A stretch of DNA of 32,000 bases from Massilicoli timonensis (lineage in GTDB: Bacteria; Bacillota_I; Bacilli_A; Erysipelotrichales; Erysipelotrichaceae). Under the pieces are notes generated by a model that worked only from the letters and a program-made list of their open reading frames with translations, was not told where the DNA came from and made no database searches. Positions 17,599 through 26,193 of this stretch are shown here, in pieces. Location: contig NZ_LT963434.1 of the NCBI RefSeq assembly GCF_900199515.1, positions 363,272 to 395,271 of the forward strand, given 5' to 3'. How positions within the stretch are numbered: position 1 is the stretch's first letter; each line of letters starts with the position of its first letter. The position numbers were made by a program, and so were the translations under genes.

Positions 17599-17963
17599 TA
17601 AACCATTCCCAATTCATAATGATGAGGATTACCGCAATCATCAGGAACGAGATCAACTGATTCAACGGTGTAAGTATCTCCTGCATATTCAACTTTCATC
17701 GAAGCGCTTACCTTGTTTGCATCTCTTTCAAGCGACCAGATATCTAATCCGATTGGACTAGACAGGCGACAGTCGAAAAACAGGACAGCACGCAATACGA
17801 CCTCTGTATTTTCAGTATTTTTGATAACTTGATTAGTATTTTGTACATGAATGTCATTCAAAGCATAGGTTTCGTACATTGGCTTTTGATATATATCGAT
17901 AGATGTCGGTATTTTCAAAATGGCATTGTCGGAAAGAATCCGCCGTGGAATGGGTCTGAGCAT
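17598..17963 (-). CDS. Head closure/adaptor-position protein
   Basis: 121 aa. The call rests on position. The start is uncertain because the ORF overlaps the upstream gene by 49 nt. Confidence 0.5.
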   Translation of the reverse strand: MLRPIPRRILSDNAILKIPTSIDIYQKPMYETYALNDIHVQNTNQVIKNTENTEVVLRAVLFFDCRLSSPIGLDIWSLERDANKVSASMKVEYAGDTYTVESVDLVPDDCGNPHHYELGMV

Positions 17964-18343
17964 ACCGCTATACCTCTATACAAAAGTCCTGTTTGCTCTA
18001 ACAAGCCATAAACAGCAGGACAAACGGCATTTGCATAACGCCTGCCTTCTGCTCTTTGCGCATCCCCGACAGATACCTTACCAACAGTAAACCCTTGACC
18101 TGCTGCTCCAGTGTACGATATATCCAAACCATACAGTCCGATATATGCGCACTGCATTGCACATGCTTTTTTGAATAACATTTGGATCCATACAGGGTAT
18201 GAATCCAACCCATTACGAGCCACTTCATACCCTGTTACGGAATCAACAATATCGCATGAGGGGGCTACGACATTGTCAAATGTTTTTTTATCAATTTCAT
18301 TTCCTAAATAATCGGTAAAAAAAGCATAGTCTATATAGCCCAT
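17915..18343 (-). CDS. Head-tail connector-position protein (gp6-like)
   Basis: 142 aa, the first gene after the major capsid protein. GGAGGTGA RBS. Confidence 0.55.
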   Translation of the reverse strand: MGYIDYAFFTDYLGNEIDKKTFDNVVAPSCDIVDSVTGYEVARNGLDSYPVWIQMLFKKACAMQCAYIGLYGLDISYTGAAGQGFTVGKVSVGDAQRAEGRRYANAVCPAVYGLLEQTGLLYRGIAVCSDPFHGGFFPTMPF

Positions 18344-18358
18344 GCCATCACCTCCAAA

Positions 18359-19546
18359 TTACGATCCTTTAACGATCGTTGCATTACCTGCTGCTACTGC
18401 AAATGCACCTTTTGTCGTATTGATAAGCGCTACTGTTGCGTTTGTTTGACTATCAACAGTTACCGTGCCGTTTGCTGGCAGATCTTTCCAACTGGATAAA
18501 TCCTGACCGTATGTTACAGATGGATCTGCACTGTTCAATTGATATACCAGTTTTTGACCTAAGAACGGTTTAACATCTACTGATAATACAGTTTCATTTG
18601 CAGTCCCTGCGACTGATGTAACATTTAATGTACCCAAAACAGGCTCACTGATATTTGCTAAAACACCGCAACGACGTTTATTCAATGCAAATACATCGTA
18701 ATAATAACGTTCATAGTACAGCCATTTACCTTTGGTTTGTGCAGTAGGAGCGCTGATCATTGACGTTTCATACACGATTGGAGCAATAATCGCCATCGGA
18801 TCAACTAACAGCAGATTGATCTGCTTAGCAGACGTATCAACATTCCATCCATTTGTGAAATCATAAATCGTTTTCATCATGTCGGACGGCACTTCTTTAA
18901 TGACAACACCGTCTAATTTTCCGACATTGCGATCAACATTGCGAATACCTGTTCCAGCGTCAATGAAACGAGTGATGCCAGCTGCTTCCTTCAATAATTT
19001 ATAGATATCAGGTGTCATGTACGCAACCAGACGATCTCGATTGATTCGCTGATTTACCATATATGCCAAATAACCGTCCCAAGTTGATAAGATATTATCT
19101 TTATCAAGTACAGTAGCATCAGCAGTACCAAAAGTTTGCGCAAAATTCGCCAAATGAGATGCAACATAGACATCCATCTCCGGTACTTTTTCAAATTCAT
19201 TGAAAGTCTTCGTGATATTTGCGATAGTAACAACTTGATTGGATTCTTGAATATCCATTGGATCAACAAGTGTATCCCACTCACGATCCATTTCCATCGT
19301 AACAGGCTGATATTCGTTATTAAAATTGCGATTGAAAGTACCATCAATGCTATCACGGTTAACAACACGTGCTCCGCTGGTCGTCATTGACGGAATCATA
19401 ACTGTCTTGCCGTTTACCGGTTTATATTTCTGACTATTAGGACCAGCCCAAATCTCACTAAAATAACTCAAATACGGATAAGCGTTTGCAAGTTCTCTTG
19501 CATAGTCAACTGCATAATTAAGTGGTGTTTGATTAAAGTTTTGCAT
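18359..19546 (-). CDS. Major capsid protein with a C-terminal Ig-like extension
   Basis: 395 aa, immediately after the scaffold gene. GAGGAG RBS. The last approximately 95 aa are Thr/Val/Asn-rich and look like beta-strand sequence. Confidence 0.8.
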   Translation of the reverse strand: MQNFNQTPLNYAVDYARELANAYPYLSYFSEIWAGPNSQKYKPVNGKTVMIPSMTTSGARVVNRDSIDGTFNRNFNNEYQPVTMEMDREWDTLVDPMDIQESNQVVTIANITKTFNEFEKVPEMDVYVASHLANFAQTFGTADATVLDKDNILSTWDGYLAYMVNQRINRDRLVAYMTPDIYKLLKEAAGITRFIDAGTGIRNVDRNVGKLDGVVIKEVPSDMMKTIYDFTNGWNVDTSAKQINLLLVDPMAIIAPIVYETSMISAPTAQTKGKWLYYERYYYDVFALNKRRCGVLANISEPVLGTLNVTSVAGTANETVLSVDVKPFLGQKLVYQLNSADPSVTYGQDLSSWKDLPANGTVTVDSQTNATVALINTTKGAFAVAAGNATIVKGS

Positions 19547-19560
19547 TTTATTTCACTCCT

Positions 19561-20049
19561 CTACTTTTTCGGTACAAAGCCCCAAATTTCACCAAAAGAC
19601 TGTTTTTCATTGCCTTGTGGCATCGATCCTTTTGTTCCACTTCCAAACTGCGGCTTTGTTTCTTCTTCGACGTTAAACATATCTGCATATTCTTCTTTGA
19701 AAGATGAAAGTTGCTCATCAATATCTTTTTCTGAATCTAATTTTCCGATGAGCATTTCTGCATACTTCTCATTTTTAACGCCTCTGTCCGTCAGATTACG
19801 AATCTGTTCCTTGCGCTCATATTCTGCGATTTTAGACTCCATGTCTTTCCATTCTTGCGATTCTTTGTAATCATTCGGTTTTCCTTTCATCGCCTCATCA
19901 ATTGCATCTTTTTTTATCTGCTCAATATCGCTTTTTGAAACGTAATCATTAAATGATGCACCGTATAAAGCCATGATCTGTTCGAGTTTATCGTCTAACT
20001 CGCCGTCTTTTTGTAAGATGTTTCTTACTGTTTTTCTTGTTAATGCCAT
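19561..20049 (-). CDS. Scaffolding protein
   Basis: 162 aa, highly charged and helical (KE-rich), upstream of the capsid gene. AAGGAGA RBS. Confidence 0.7.
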   Translation of the reverse strand: MALTRKTVRNILQKDGELDDKLEQIMALYGASFNDYVSKSDIEQIKKDAIDEAMKGKPNDYKESQEWKDMESKIAEYERKEQIRNLTDRGVKNEKYAEMLIGKLDSEKDIDEQLSSFKEEYADMFNVEEETKPQFGSGTKGSMPQGNEKQSFGEIWGFVPKK

Positions 20050-20107
20050 AATCGAAATCTCCTTTTCATTGGTCTGCCTTGTTTTTACGCTTCAAGACGT
20101 CAGCGCA

Positions 20108-20132
20108 TATAAAAAGCATGATTTCTCATGCT
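20108..20132 (-). terminator. Intrinsic terminator after the Dps-like gene
   Basis: The minus strand reads AGCATGA-GAAA-TCATGCT followed by TTTTAT, 12 nt after the stop. Confidence 0.6.
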
Positions 20133-20143
20133 AATTACCTATT

Positions 20144-20596
20144 TCAATCATCTTCTTCAATGATGTTTGGTCTAGCAGCAGACTCTCCTAGATAATGCTG
20201 CATTTTGTAATCTGCTTCTTTGCGCAGATAAAAAATATATTCATCAAGTTTATTTTGAATATCGACTGGCGTATCTTCTTTTACCACTGTCGCTTTTTCA
20301 ACTACCATAATAAAATCGTCATAAGCAAGTTTTATACTTTCATTACATTCTCTAACTTCTACCGGAAGAAGATTGTTTGAATATAATAAAATAGCATCTT
20401 TGATAGAAGGCTCAGAATGTCCCAAAGGTATGCCACGTTCAATTAAGTCGTCGAGCATATCTCCGATATATTTATACCACTCTTCTAATTGCGGATGAAT
20501 CGTAAAAAAACCATGCCCTACAACGTTATGATGCAACACTCCTAGGTTTTGATAAACAACTTTCAAAAATGCAGTTAACTCTTCATAATGATTCAT
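20144..20596 (-). CDS. Dps-like ferritin-fold protein
   Basis: 150 aa. LHHNVVGHGFFTIHPQLEEWY....LDDLIER..PLG aligns by eye with the Dps/MrgA core ([20 protein letters not shown]....VDTIAERLLAIG). The C-terminal ..YLG motif is also present. Confidence 0.7.
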   Translation of the reverse strand: MNHYEELTAFLKVVYQNLGVLHHNVVGHGFFTIHPQLEEWYKYIGDMLDDLIERGIPLGHSEPSIKDAILLYSNNLLPVEVRECNESIKLAYDDFIMVVEKATVVKEDTPVDIQNKLDEYIFYLRKEADYKMQHYLGESAARPNIIEEDD

Positions 20597-20742
20597 TTTG
20601 ATCCCTCCTTTCTAGATTTATCTTGCTTTTCTTTATTTTTACTTTTCATGATTTTCACATATTCATCTTGTGTCAAATGAAAACCACATAATAGACATGT
20701 TACTCCATCTGCATGTCCTTGAAACTGATGTTTACATTTCAT
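20593..20742 (-). CDS. Small zinc-ribbon-like basic protein (49 aa)
   Basis: I trimmed the track ORF to the ATG at 20742 (MKCKHQFQGHADGVTCLLCG...), which is preceded by AAAGGAGA. It has a CxH-x9-CxxC pattern and a Lys-rich tail. Its stop overlaps the Dps-like start (ATGA). Confidence 0.5.
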   Translation of the reverse strand: MKCKHQFQGHADGVTCLLCGFHLTQDEYVKIMKSKNKEKQDKSRKEGSK

Positions 20743-20756
20743 TATTGTTCTCCTTT

Positions 20757-20782
20757 CAAAATAAAAAGCGCCAAACAGCGCT
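20757..20782 (-). terminator. Weak terminator-like hairpin between the 68-aa ORF and the Zn-ribbon/Dps cassette
   Basis: The minus strand reads AGCGC-TGTTTG-GCGCT followed by TTTTTATTTT. The stem is only 5 bp, and it starts within the TAG stop of the upstream ORF. Confidence 0.35.
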
Positions 20783-20987
20783 AATTGTTCCAATAAATCT
20801 CATCATATATTTTCTGATACTTTCTACCGGTATCGTTAAATTCCCATCCCGGATCATATCCTTCCTCAAGAATCAGATCATTAAGAGGATCTAAAATATC
20901 ATTAACATCATCAGAATAAATCATCTCCTCAGCGTTTTCAAATTTCTCTCTCAAAAATGCTTTTTGTTCGTCTGTTAACTTTATCAT
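20781..20987 (-). CDS. Very acidic 68-aa protein (candidate immunity/antidote partner of the MuF C-terminal module)
   Basis: 18 D/E against 7 K/R. Its ATG overlaps the MuF stop (ATGA). The functional assignment is inference only. Confidence 0.5.
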   Translation of the reverse strand: MIKLTDEQKAFLREKFENAEEMIYSDDVNDILDPLNDLILEEGYDPGWEFNDTGRKYQKIYDEIYWNN

Positions 20988-22618
20988 TTATTTCTACCTC
21001 CACGCGGATTTGCTTGAATCAAATTACCTGTATCTGGATTGACAGTCACATTACAAAGATTAGAAACATAATTGTGGCTTCTATAACCATTTGATTCTTT
21101 TTCAGTAATTTTATCCGGATTCTCTAATGTTGCGAGCACATCACCAATCGGCACTCCTTTTCTCATACCCTTGATTGGCTCATTACTGCTTTCATACTGC
21201 CCGATTACTCGATCAATAAAATGTGTCTTATATCCTGTTATCATTATACCATCTTTTGTGGTCTTTCCAACAAGATCTTTTTCAACTTTTGTTGCTACTT
21301 GTTTATATATGTCAAGCGTAACAAAACTTGATATATCGCCTTTTTTAACCGCATAATCATATCCTTTTTTTAACGTATAATTTTTTGCAGCCTGATTAGA
21401 TTCACTAAATATATCCTTGTTAAAAGAAATTACACGTTCTCTATCTGTCCTTCTAGTTCTTCCTGTTTCTGCGATAAATAATTTCATTTTTTCCTGCTTG
21501 CGTTTTATTTTAGCAGATGCCTTTGCAAAATCATCGCTGTCTTCCAGTCCGGCTTTTTTTAATGCAACAACTTCTGTTTTTGCTTTTCGGATTTCTCTTT
21601 CAATTGCTCGTTGCCGCTGCGATTCTTGGTAAACTTCATCATTTTCTTCTATTTCTGCTTTTGTTAATGGCTTATTTACTAATGTTGATATCCCGGGAAT
21701 AAACGGTATCGGATTATGCCCGCAGTTGATTCCGAATAACCCCGCAGGCTCGCCGTAACTAGTCGATGATAACGGTTTGAAACGATGCTTTTTCCCAAGT
21801 GCGTCTTTAACCGTTCCACTTCTGCCTGATGTTGAAAATATCTTTCCTTGATATGGCGCACACAAAGGGCGAGCACCAGCATGTTTATCGACTTGAATCA
21901 AATCGTTTCCATAGTCCTCATTCCGCTTTTGAACAACATCGATTGACATATTATGAACATTAGTACGACAGTACATATTTGCATATGCTTCTGCACTCCA
22001 TTTCCTGCCCGCTCGATCAATATATCCAGACACATTTTCATCAATCATCTGTCGTATTGCCTCTGCAACAGCACTTTGTCTTGCTTTTCCTTCATATGTT
22101 TTTCTAACGGCTTCATCAAGTATTGAGTAACGTGGATCATTCATCTTATTTCGGAAGTTCCTAATGACATTTGAAATTGCACGGCTAAACGATTGAACGA
22201 CATCTTCTTTCATAACTGCATTCATCGTCGAAAATGTTTGCTTAAATTCCTGCGATTTCATCTTTTTTAATAGAGATATAGCCTTGCTTCCAGCATAAGC
22301 CTCAGTAGCAATCAATACACCATTTTCAGCAGCTTTTTTTAATTTTGGCTCTACCTCTTCTAATGATTCATCTACAGTATCATTTAGCGCTTTTCGGATC
22401 GTTGCTGAATATGGATATTCAGACTGAATGCTTTTCACATCTTTCAATAATCTTGAAATTAGTTGCACCATTTCTTTCTGCCACACATCAATAGGTTTAT
22501 CGATATCTTTTCCGATGTATTCCGCCATTTGTATCATAATCTGATTTGCCATGCTTCCATACATCGCTTCAAATGGCTCTGCTATTTCTAATATATCATT
22601 TCTAGTGATAACTGCCAC
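20984..22618 (-). CDS. MuF / SPP1 gp7-like head morphogenesis protein with an extra C-terminal module
   Basis: 544 aa. GTG start with a GGTGAGGA RBS, overlapping the portal stop by 1 nt. The MuF core is at about aa 185-305 (RAGRKWS..Y......T, PLCAPYQGKIFS, NCGH). A coiled-coil region follows, then about 150 further residues ending in THFIDRVIG...GVPIGDVLATLENPDKI...VTVNPDTGNLIQANP. Confidence 0.85.
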   Translation of the reverse strand: MAVITRNDILEIAEPFEAMYGSMANQIMIQMAEYIGKDIDKPIDVWQKEMVQLISRLLKDVKSIQSEYPYSATIRKALNDTVDESLEEVEPKLKKAAENGVLIATEAYAGSKAISLLKKMKSQEFKQTFSTMNAVMKEDVVQSFSRAISNVIRNFRNKMNDPRYSILDEAVRKTYEGKARQSAVAEAIRQMIDENVSGYIDRAGRKWSAEAYANMYCRTNVHNMSIDVVQKRNEDYGNDLIQVDKHAGARPLCAPYQGKIFSTSGRSGTVKDALGKKHRFKPLSSTSYGEPAGLFGINCGHNPIPFIPGISTLVNKPLTKAEIEENDEVYQESQRQRAIEREIRKAKTEVVALKKAGLEDSDDFAKASAKIKRKQEKMKLFIAETGRTRRTDRERVISFNKDIFSESNQAAKNYTLKKGYDYAVKKGDISSFVTLDIYKQVATKVEKDLVGKTTKDGIMITGYKTHFIDRVIGQYESSNEPIKGMRKGVPIGDVLATLENPDKITEKESNGYRSHNYVSNLCNVTVNPDTGNLIQANPRGGRNK

Positions 22619-24237
22619 TATTCCTCACCGCCAAGCAAAAACTCATCTACTGCATCAGCATTCACTCCGCTTTCTTCTTTAATTCGGTTAAGTTCTTGAT
22701 TTGCTTCTTCATCTGTCATTCCTAACTTTTTCGTCATGAATGTTCGCTTTGACATAACGCCATTTGACATTAACATAATACCTTCGTTAATGTCTGTTTG
22801 ACGGTCTTGCAGAATAGAATCATCAAACACCACTTTCACACTGTAATTTTTAGCAATGCTGGAAATCGGAACACCGTTCCATTTAACATCATAGAGGGCT
22901 GCCACATTGATGATCCCGTGAACGATCTGTTCAATCGCGTTTTTCACTTGCATCTGATTAGCACGTACAGTCTTATATGTTTTTGAATTTTCACTAATGA
23001 TTTCAGTAGCAGTTTTCAATCCATGCGACTGATCGAATGTGAATGTTCCTGCACTGAATCCTAATTGCAGACACAGCATATTCAGAAAAGCATTGATCGC
23101 GCTGATATGTTCATCAATACGCAGTTCAATAGAGTTATCTTGAATTTTGAGTTGCTCTGTATCGTCTGTCGATAACGCAACATAAGCTTCGTCATTCGCG
23201 TCAAAATATCTAACTGTTCTTTTCGTAATTGGATCATGCACTGTTCGTAATGCACTTGTTGGCACAATAATCCTCTTTTTGCCCAACACAAATTCACGAA
23301 TAAATGAATCATAGCAAATATCTAGTGCATGTAATGTAGCAAACGCATTTGCATAAACAGATACACCTAGCGGCGAGTTATCGTCAATGTTATTTGCGAT
23401 AGCGGTTCTATAATAAGCAAAAAGGCTTTCTGTGATTCCATTGATTTCAGTACTTGGATTCAAAAACGGATAAATTTCTGCAAGCGGATATCGAAATCCC
23501 AAAATATCCTGCGGCTCCATTAAACCGTCATTGCCGATGACATCTCGCTTTTCGGCTCTAAATGCTTCATTTTCAATATAATAGGTCAGTCCATTCCATC
23601 GATGCCATTCTAATCGAGTATAATAATAGCCATCCTTCGCTTGTCTGCTGATGAACACTCCTTCTGTTACCTTTGCGTTATCCCAAGCAGTAGGGACAAA
23701 CTGATCTGCCATACAATATCCAATCATAATTTGCCCAGCACCGGGAATCACGTTTCCATTACCGTCGCGCCTTTCTTCATACCAGACTTTTAGAGCGCCA
23801 CCACCTAAAGCCATGCTTTGCTCGATATGTTCTTGCATTTTTGTCCAAAACGCATTTTTAGAAAGAACATCTTGAACGAAGTCATCCAGCGGATCTGTCT
23901 TTCCATCGTTTAACTCTTTCTCTGACGAAACGTGCACTTCGCACTGTTCGTTCCAAATAAGCCCCGCTAATTCAGCACAAACCGCTTTTTCAATGTTAAG
24001 CGGCTCTACTTTCCTCATATTGTTCGGATTGTCAACTGTCGGTGCCTTTACATAATGCCACGGTTTATAGAATCCCCTATATAGATACTTCCAAATAAAT
24101 ATCCCAAAATAATAGAATTGATTAAACGAAGGTACTCCGTTTATTTCGAATATATCTTTGAATTGTTTTGCAATCCCTAAATCTGCACCAGTTCTCTGCA
24201 TGAAATTTCTCACCGTCCTTTTAATTTTTTCAAACAC
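22618..24237 (-). CDS. Portal protein (SPP1 gp6-like)
   Basis: 539 aa with a GTG start preceded by AAGGAGGTG. It lies between terL and the MuF gene, the canonical position. Confidence 0.8.
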   Translation of the reverse strand: MFEKIKRTVRNFMQRTGADLGIAKQFKDIFEINGVPSFNQFYYFGIFIWKYLYRGFYKPWHYVKAPTVDNPNNMRKVEPLNIEKAVCAELAGLIWNEQCEVHVSSEKELNDGKTDPLDDFVQDVLSKNAFWTKMQEHIEQSMALGGGALKVWYEERRDGNGNVIPGAGQIMIGYCMADQFVPTAWDNAKVTEGVFISRQAKDGYYYTRLEWHRWNGLTYYIENEAFRAEKRDVIGNDGLMEPQDILGFRYPLAEIYPFLNPSTEINGITESLFAYYRTAIANNIDDNSPLGVSVYANAFATLHALDICYDSFIREFVLGKKRIIVPTSALRTVHDPITKRTVRYFDANDEAYVALSTDDTEQLKIQDNSIELRIDEHISAINAFLNMLCLQLGFSAGTFTFDQSHGLKTATEIISENSKTYKTVRANQMQVKNAIEQIVHGIINVAALYDVKWNGVPISSIAKNYSVKVVFDDSILQDRQTDINEGIMLMSNGVMSKRTFMTKKLGMTDEEANQELNRIKEESGVNADAVDEFLLGGEE

Positions 24238-24249
24238 GATTGCACCTCC

Positions 24250-25509
24250 TTAAAGCACGTATCTTTTGTAAAAATAGTTATTTGCATAACGCGCTTCATC
24301 CATTGCATGATTATACGCATCTATCGGTCTACCGTTATCGTCGACACAATACATACCGATTTCTCTTAAAAAGTCATCACACCCAAAACGATCGTCATTC
24401 ACAACAAAAAAGCGCCCATCAGATATAGCGCTCTGTAAATATTCAATTCCAACCTCAATTCCCTTGCGATTTCCTTTAACGTCCTTACCGTTGTTATCGG
24501 CTTTATCTGTCTCAATTCCCAGCAATCGCAATTCCATTCGTAAGGCTTTACACGCTGGATCGATCTTCCAGCATGACTCCAACATCTTAAATTTATGTCT
24601 ACAATAAGGAACGAAATCACGTACTATTTCTTTGGCTTGGGTGCTCATTGCTTTGTTTGATCCATCATAATACCAGTTAGCAGCACGAATCACTATATAT
24701 TTACTCTCTACCATTCCAATAAGATTACAGCTGATTGATGTCGCATCCGTCAACCCTCCATCTCCTGAAAAAAACATTTCAAATGGTACAAAGTCAAAAG
24801 GTAATTTATCTAATATATGGATTTGTTCATCAAACATCGAATAAATAACTCCTTGTGGAATTGTTCTTTCTCCTAGCCAATCACGTTTATATAGGTACGG
24901 ATTCTTGATAAGTGTATCATGAAGTTCCTGTTTTCTTTCGGTGCTTAAAATCGGGTTATCATCAACGGTCCAGTGTGTCCAGTTTGTGTTTTGAACATTA
25001 AAGACATCGCTAATGACTGGATGAAGCGGAGCTGGTGGGTTGAGATCAGCAATATGCCATCTAATGTCTGCTGCGTACGTTCGGCGAAAACATTCTTGTA
25101 TCATATTCATGTGTAGAATATCTATTTCACAAAAGTACGCACTTCCTAATGACAGACCTCTGATGCTCTTATCAGAATCAGCCTTGGCTCCACCCTTGTA
25201 ATATACTTTCTTCATGCCTTTTGCGGTTTGGCATTCCAAATGGTCGCCATGATCATCATGTTTAATAACCGCTTTATTACCGAATAAATGAAGCAGTCCA
25301 TTCCCATCACAGTCAATGACTAATCTAAACGCCTGCTGTTGTGATGCTCCTACTACTAAATGATTTACATCATTTGATATATTCAAAAATAGAAAATATC
25401 TTGCAATACATGCTGTGGTCTTTCCACTTCGTGGCGTTCCTTCCGCTACATCTAAAGTGTGATTGAATTTCATTGTAATAAACCTCTGCTGCTTATCCGA
25501 TAACTTCAT
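24250..25509 (-). CDS. Terminase large subunit
   Basis: 419 aa with the Walker A motif GTPRSGKT near the N-terminus and acidic nuclease residues towards the C-terminus. ATGA coupling to terS. Confidence 0.9.
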   Translation of the reverse strand: MKLSDKQQRFITMKFNHTLDVAEGTPRSGKTTACIARYFLFLNISNDVNHLVVGASQQQAFRLVIDCDGNGLLHLFGNKAVIKHDDHGDHLECQTAKGMKKVYYKGGAKADSDKSIRGLSLGSAYFCEIDILHMNMIQECFRRTYAADIRWHIADLNPPAPLHPVISDVFNVQNTNWTHWTVDDNPILSTERKQELHDTLIKNPYLYKRDWLGERTIPQGVIYSMFDEQIHILDKLPFDFVPFEMFFSGDGGLTDATSISCNLIGMVESKYIVIRAANWYYDGSNKAMSTQAKEIVRDFVPYCRHKFKMLESCWKIDPACKALRMELRLLGIETDKADNNGKDVKGNRKGIEVGIEYLQSAISDGRFFVVNDDRFGCDDFLREIGMYCVDDNGRPIDAYNHAMDEARYANNYFYKRYVL

Positions 25510-25910
25510 TTATTTTCCTCCATCGCTTTTGCGATTGCTTCTATCATCGGATGTATTTCTGTCTTTGGCTGAATTTGGGCAGTAAATTTATCAATGACGA
25601 TTCCCAAAGATGTAGCTAATGCTTGTAACCCTGTTCTTTTAATTTTTTCTGGATTTTTCATTTCCTCTAAAACTAAATCAATCAATTCACATACATCAGA
25701 TCGCTTTTCTTCTAAATGTTCCAAGATATTTCTAGTGTTATCCTCTTTTTTCTGCCGTACTTTTTTTGCAGTTTCATGATTACTTTTACATATCCGTCTA
25801 ATCGTATTAGGTGCTACTTTATATTTTCTGGCAACTGCTGAGTAATTTTCACATTCAATGTAATCTGCAATTATTTTTTTCTTCTGTTTATCTGTCAAAT
25901 GTTTTGCCAT
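25506..25910 (-). CDS. Terminase small subunit (HTH)
   Basis: 134 aa with an N-terminal helix-turn-helix (YSAVARKYKVAPNTIRRI). It is directly upstream of, and coupled to, terL. Confidence 0.7.
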   Translation of the reverse strand: MAKHLTDKQKKKIIADYIECENYSAVARKYKVAPNTIRRICKSNHETAKKVRQKKEDNTRNILEHLEEKRSDVCELIDLVLEEMKNPEKIKRTGLQALATSLGIVIDKFTAQIQPKTEIHPMIEAIAKAMEENK

Positions 25911-25977
25911 TATTTATAACACCTCCTTTTTGGGTAAAAGAAAAACACCGCTATAGATGCTACTTCCTTTCTTAATA

Positions 25978-26193
25978 TTAGTGTTTCTTAAAAATACTGT
26001 CTAATTCTCGTTTTAGTTTTTGCTCAAATTCATAATCAGGATCTCCTAAATTATCCAATTTAATCATCAATCTTGAATAAGTTTCATCTAAGCCAAAATT
26101 TTCTAATTGATCCTTCATATCATATTGAAATGCCAATTTACCTAATACAAATGCACATAATTTATGAACGTCTTTTTCACTGTATTGCTTCAT
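25978..26193 (-). CDS. Hypothetical protein (71 aa)
   Basis: Clean ORF with an AAAGGAGG RBS, the first gene after the 227-nt gap. I recognise no family. Confidence 0.5.
   Translation of the reverse strand: MKQYSEKDVHKLCAFVLGKLAFQYDMKDQLENFGLDETYSRLMIKLDNLGDPDYEFEQKLKRELDSIFKKH

Noticed and set aside
17915-17963. 49-nt overlap between two head-tail connector ORFs as a possible frameshift or fusion site
   Set aside because: I saw no slippery run in the overlap, and both ORFs are normal-sized for their families. Ambiguity about the start codon of the downstream ORF is the simpler explanation.
19054-19368. Same-strand nested out-of-frame ORFs (also 17253..17453, 17998..18228, 21679..21882, 23082..23312, 24399..24620, 26863..27111, 4316..4510)
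   Set aside because: They are embedded in strongly supported longer genes, have no RBS, and encode basic low-complexity peptides.
20743-20793. Upstream extension of the Zn-ribbon ORF (MEQLALFGAFYFERRTI)
   Set aside because: The extension consists of the hairpin/T-run sequence read as codons. A good AAAGGAGA RBS precedes the internal ATG at 20742.
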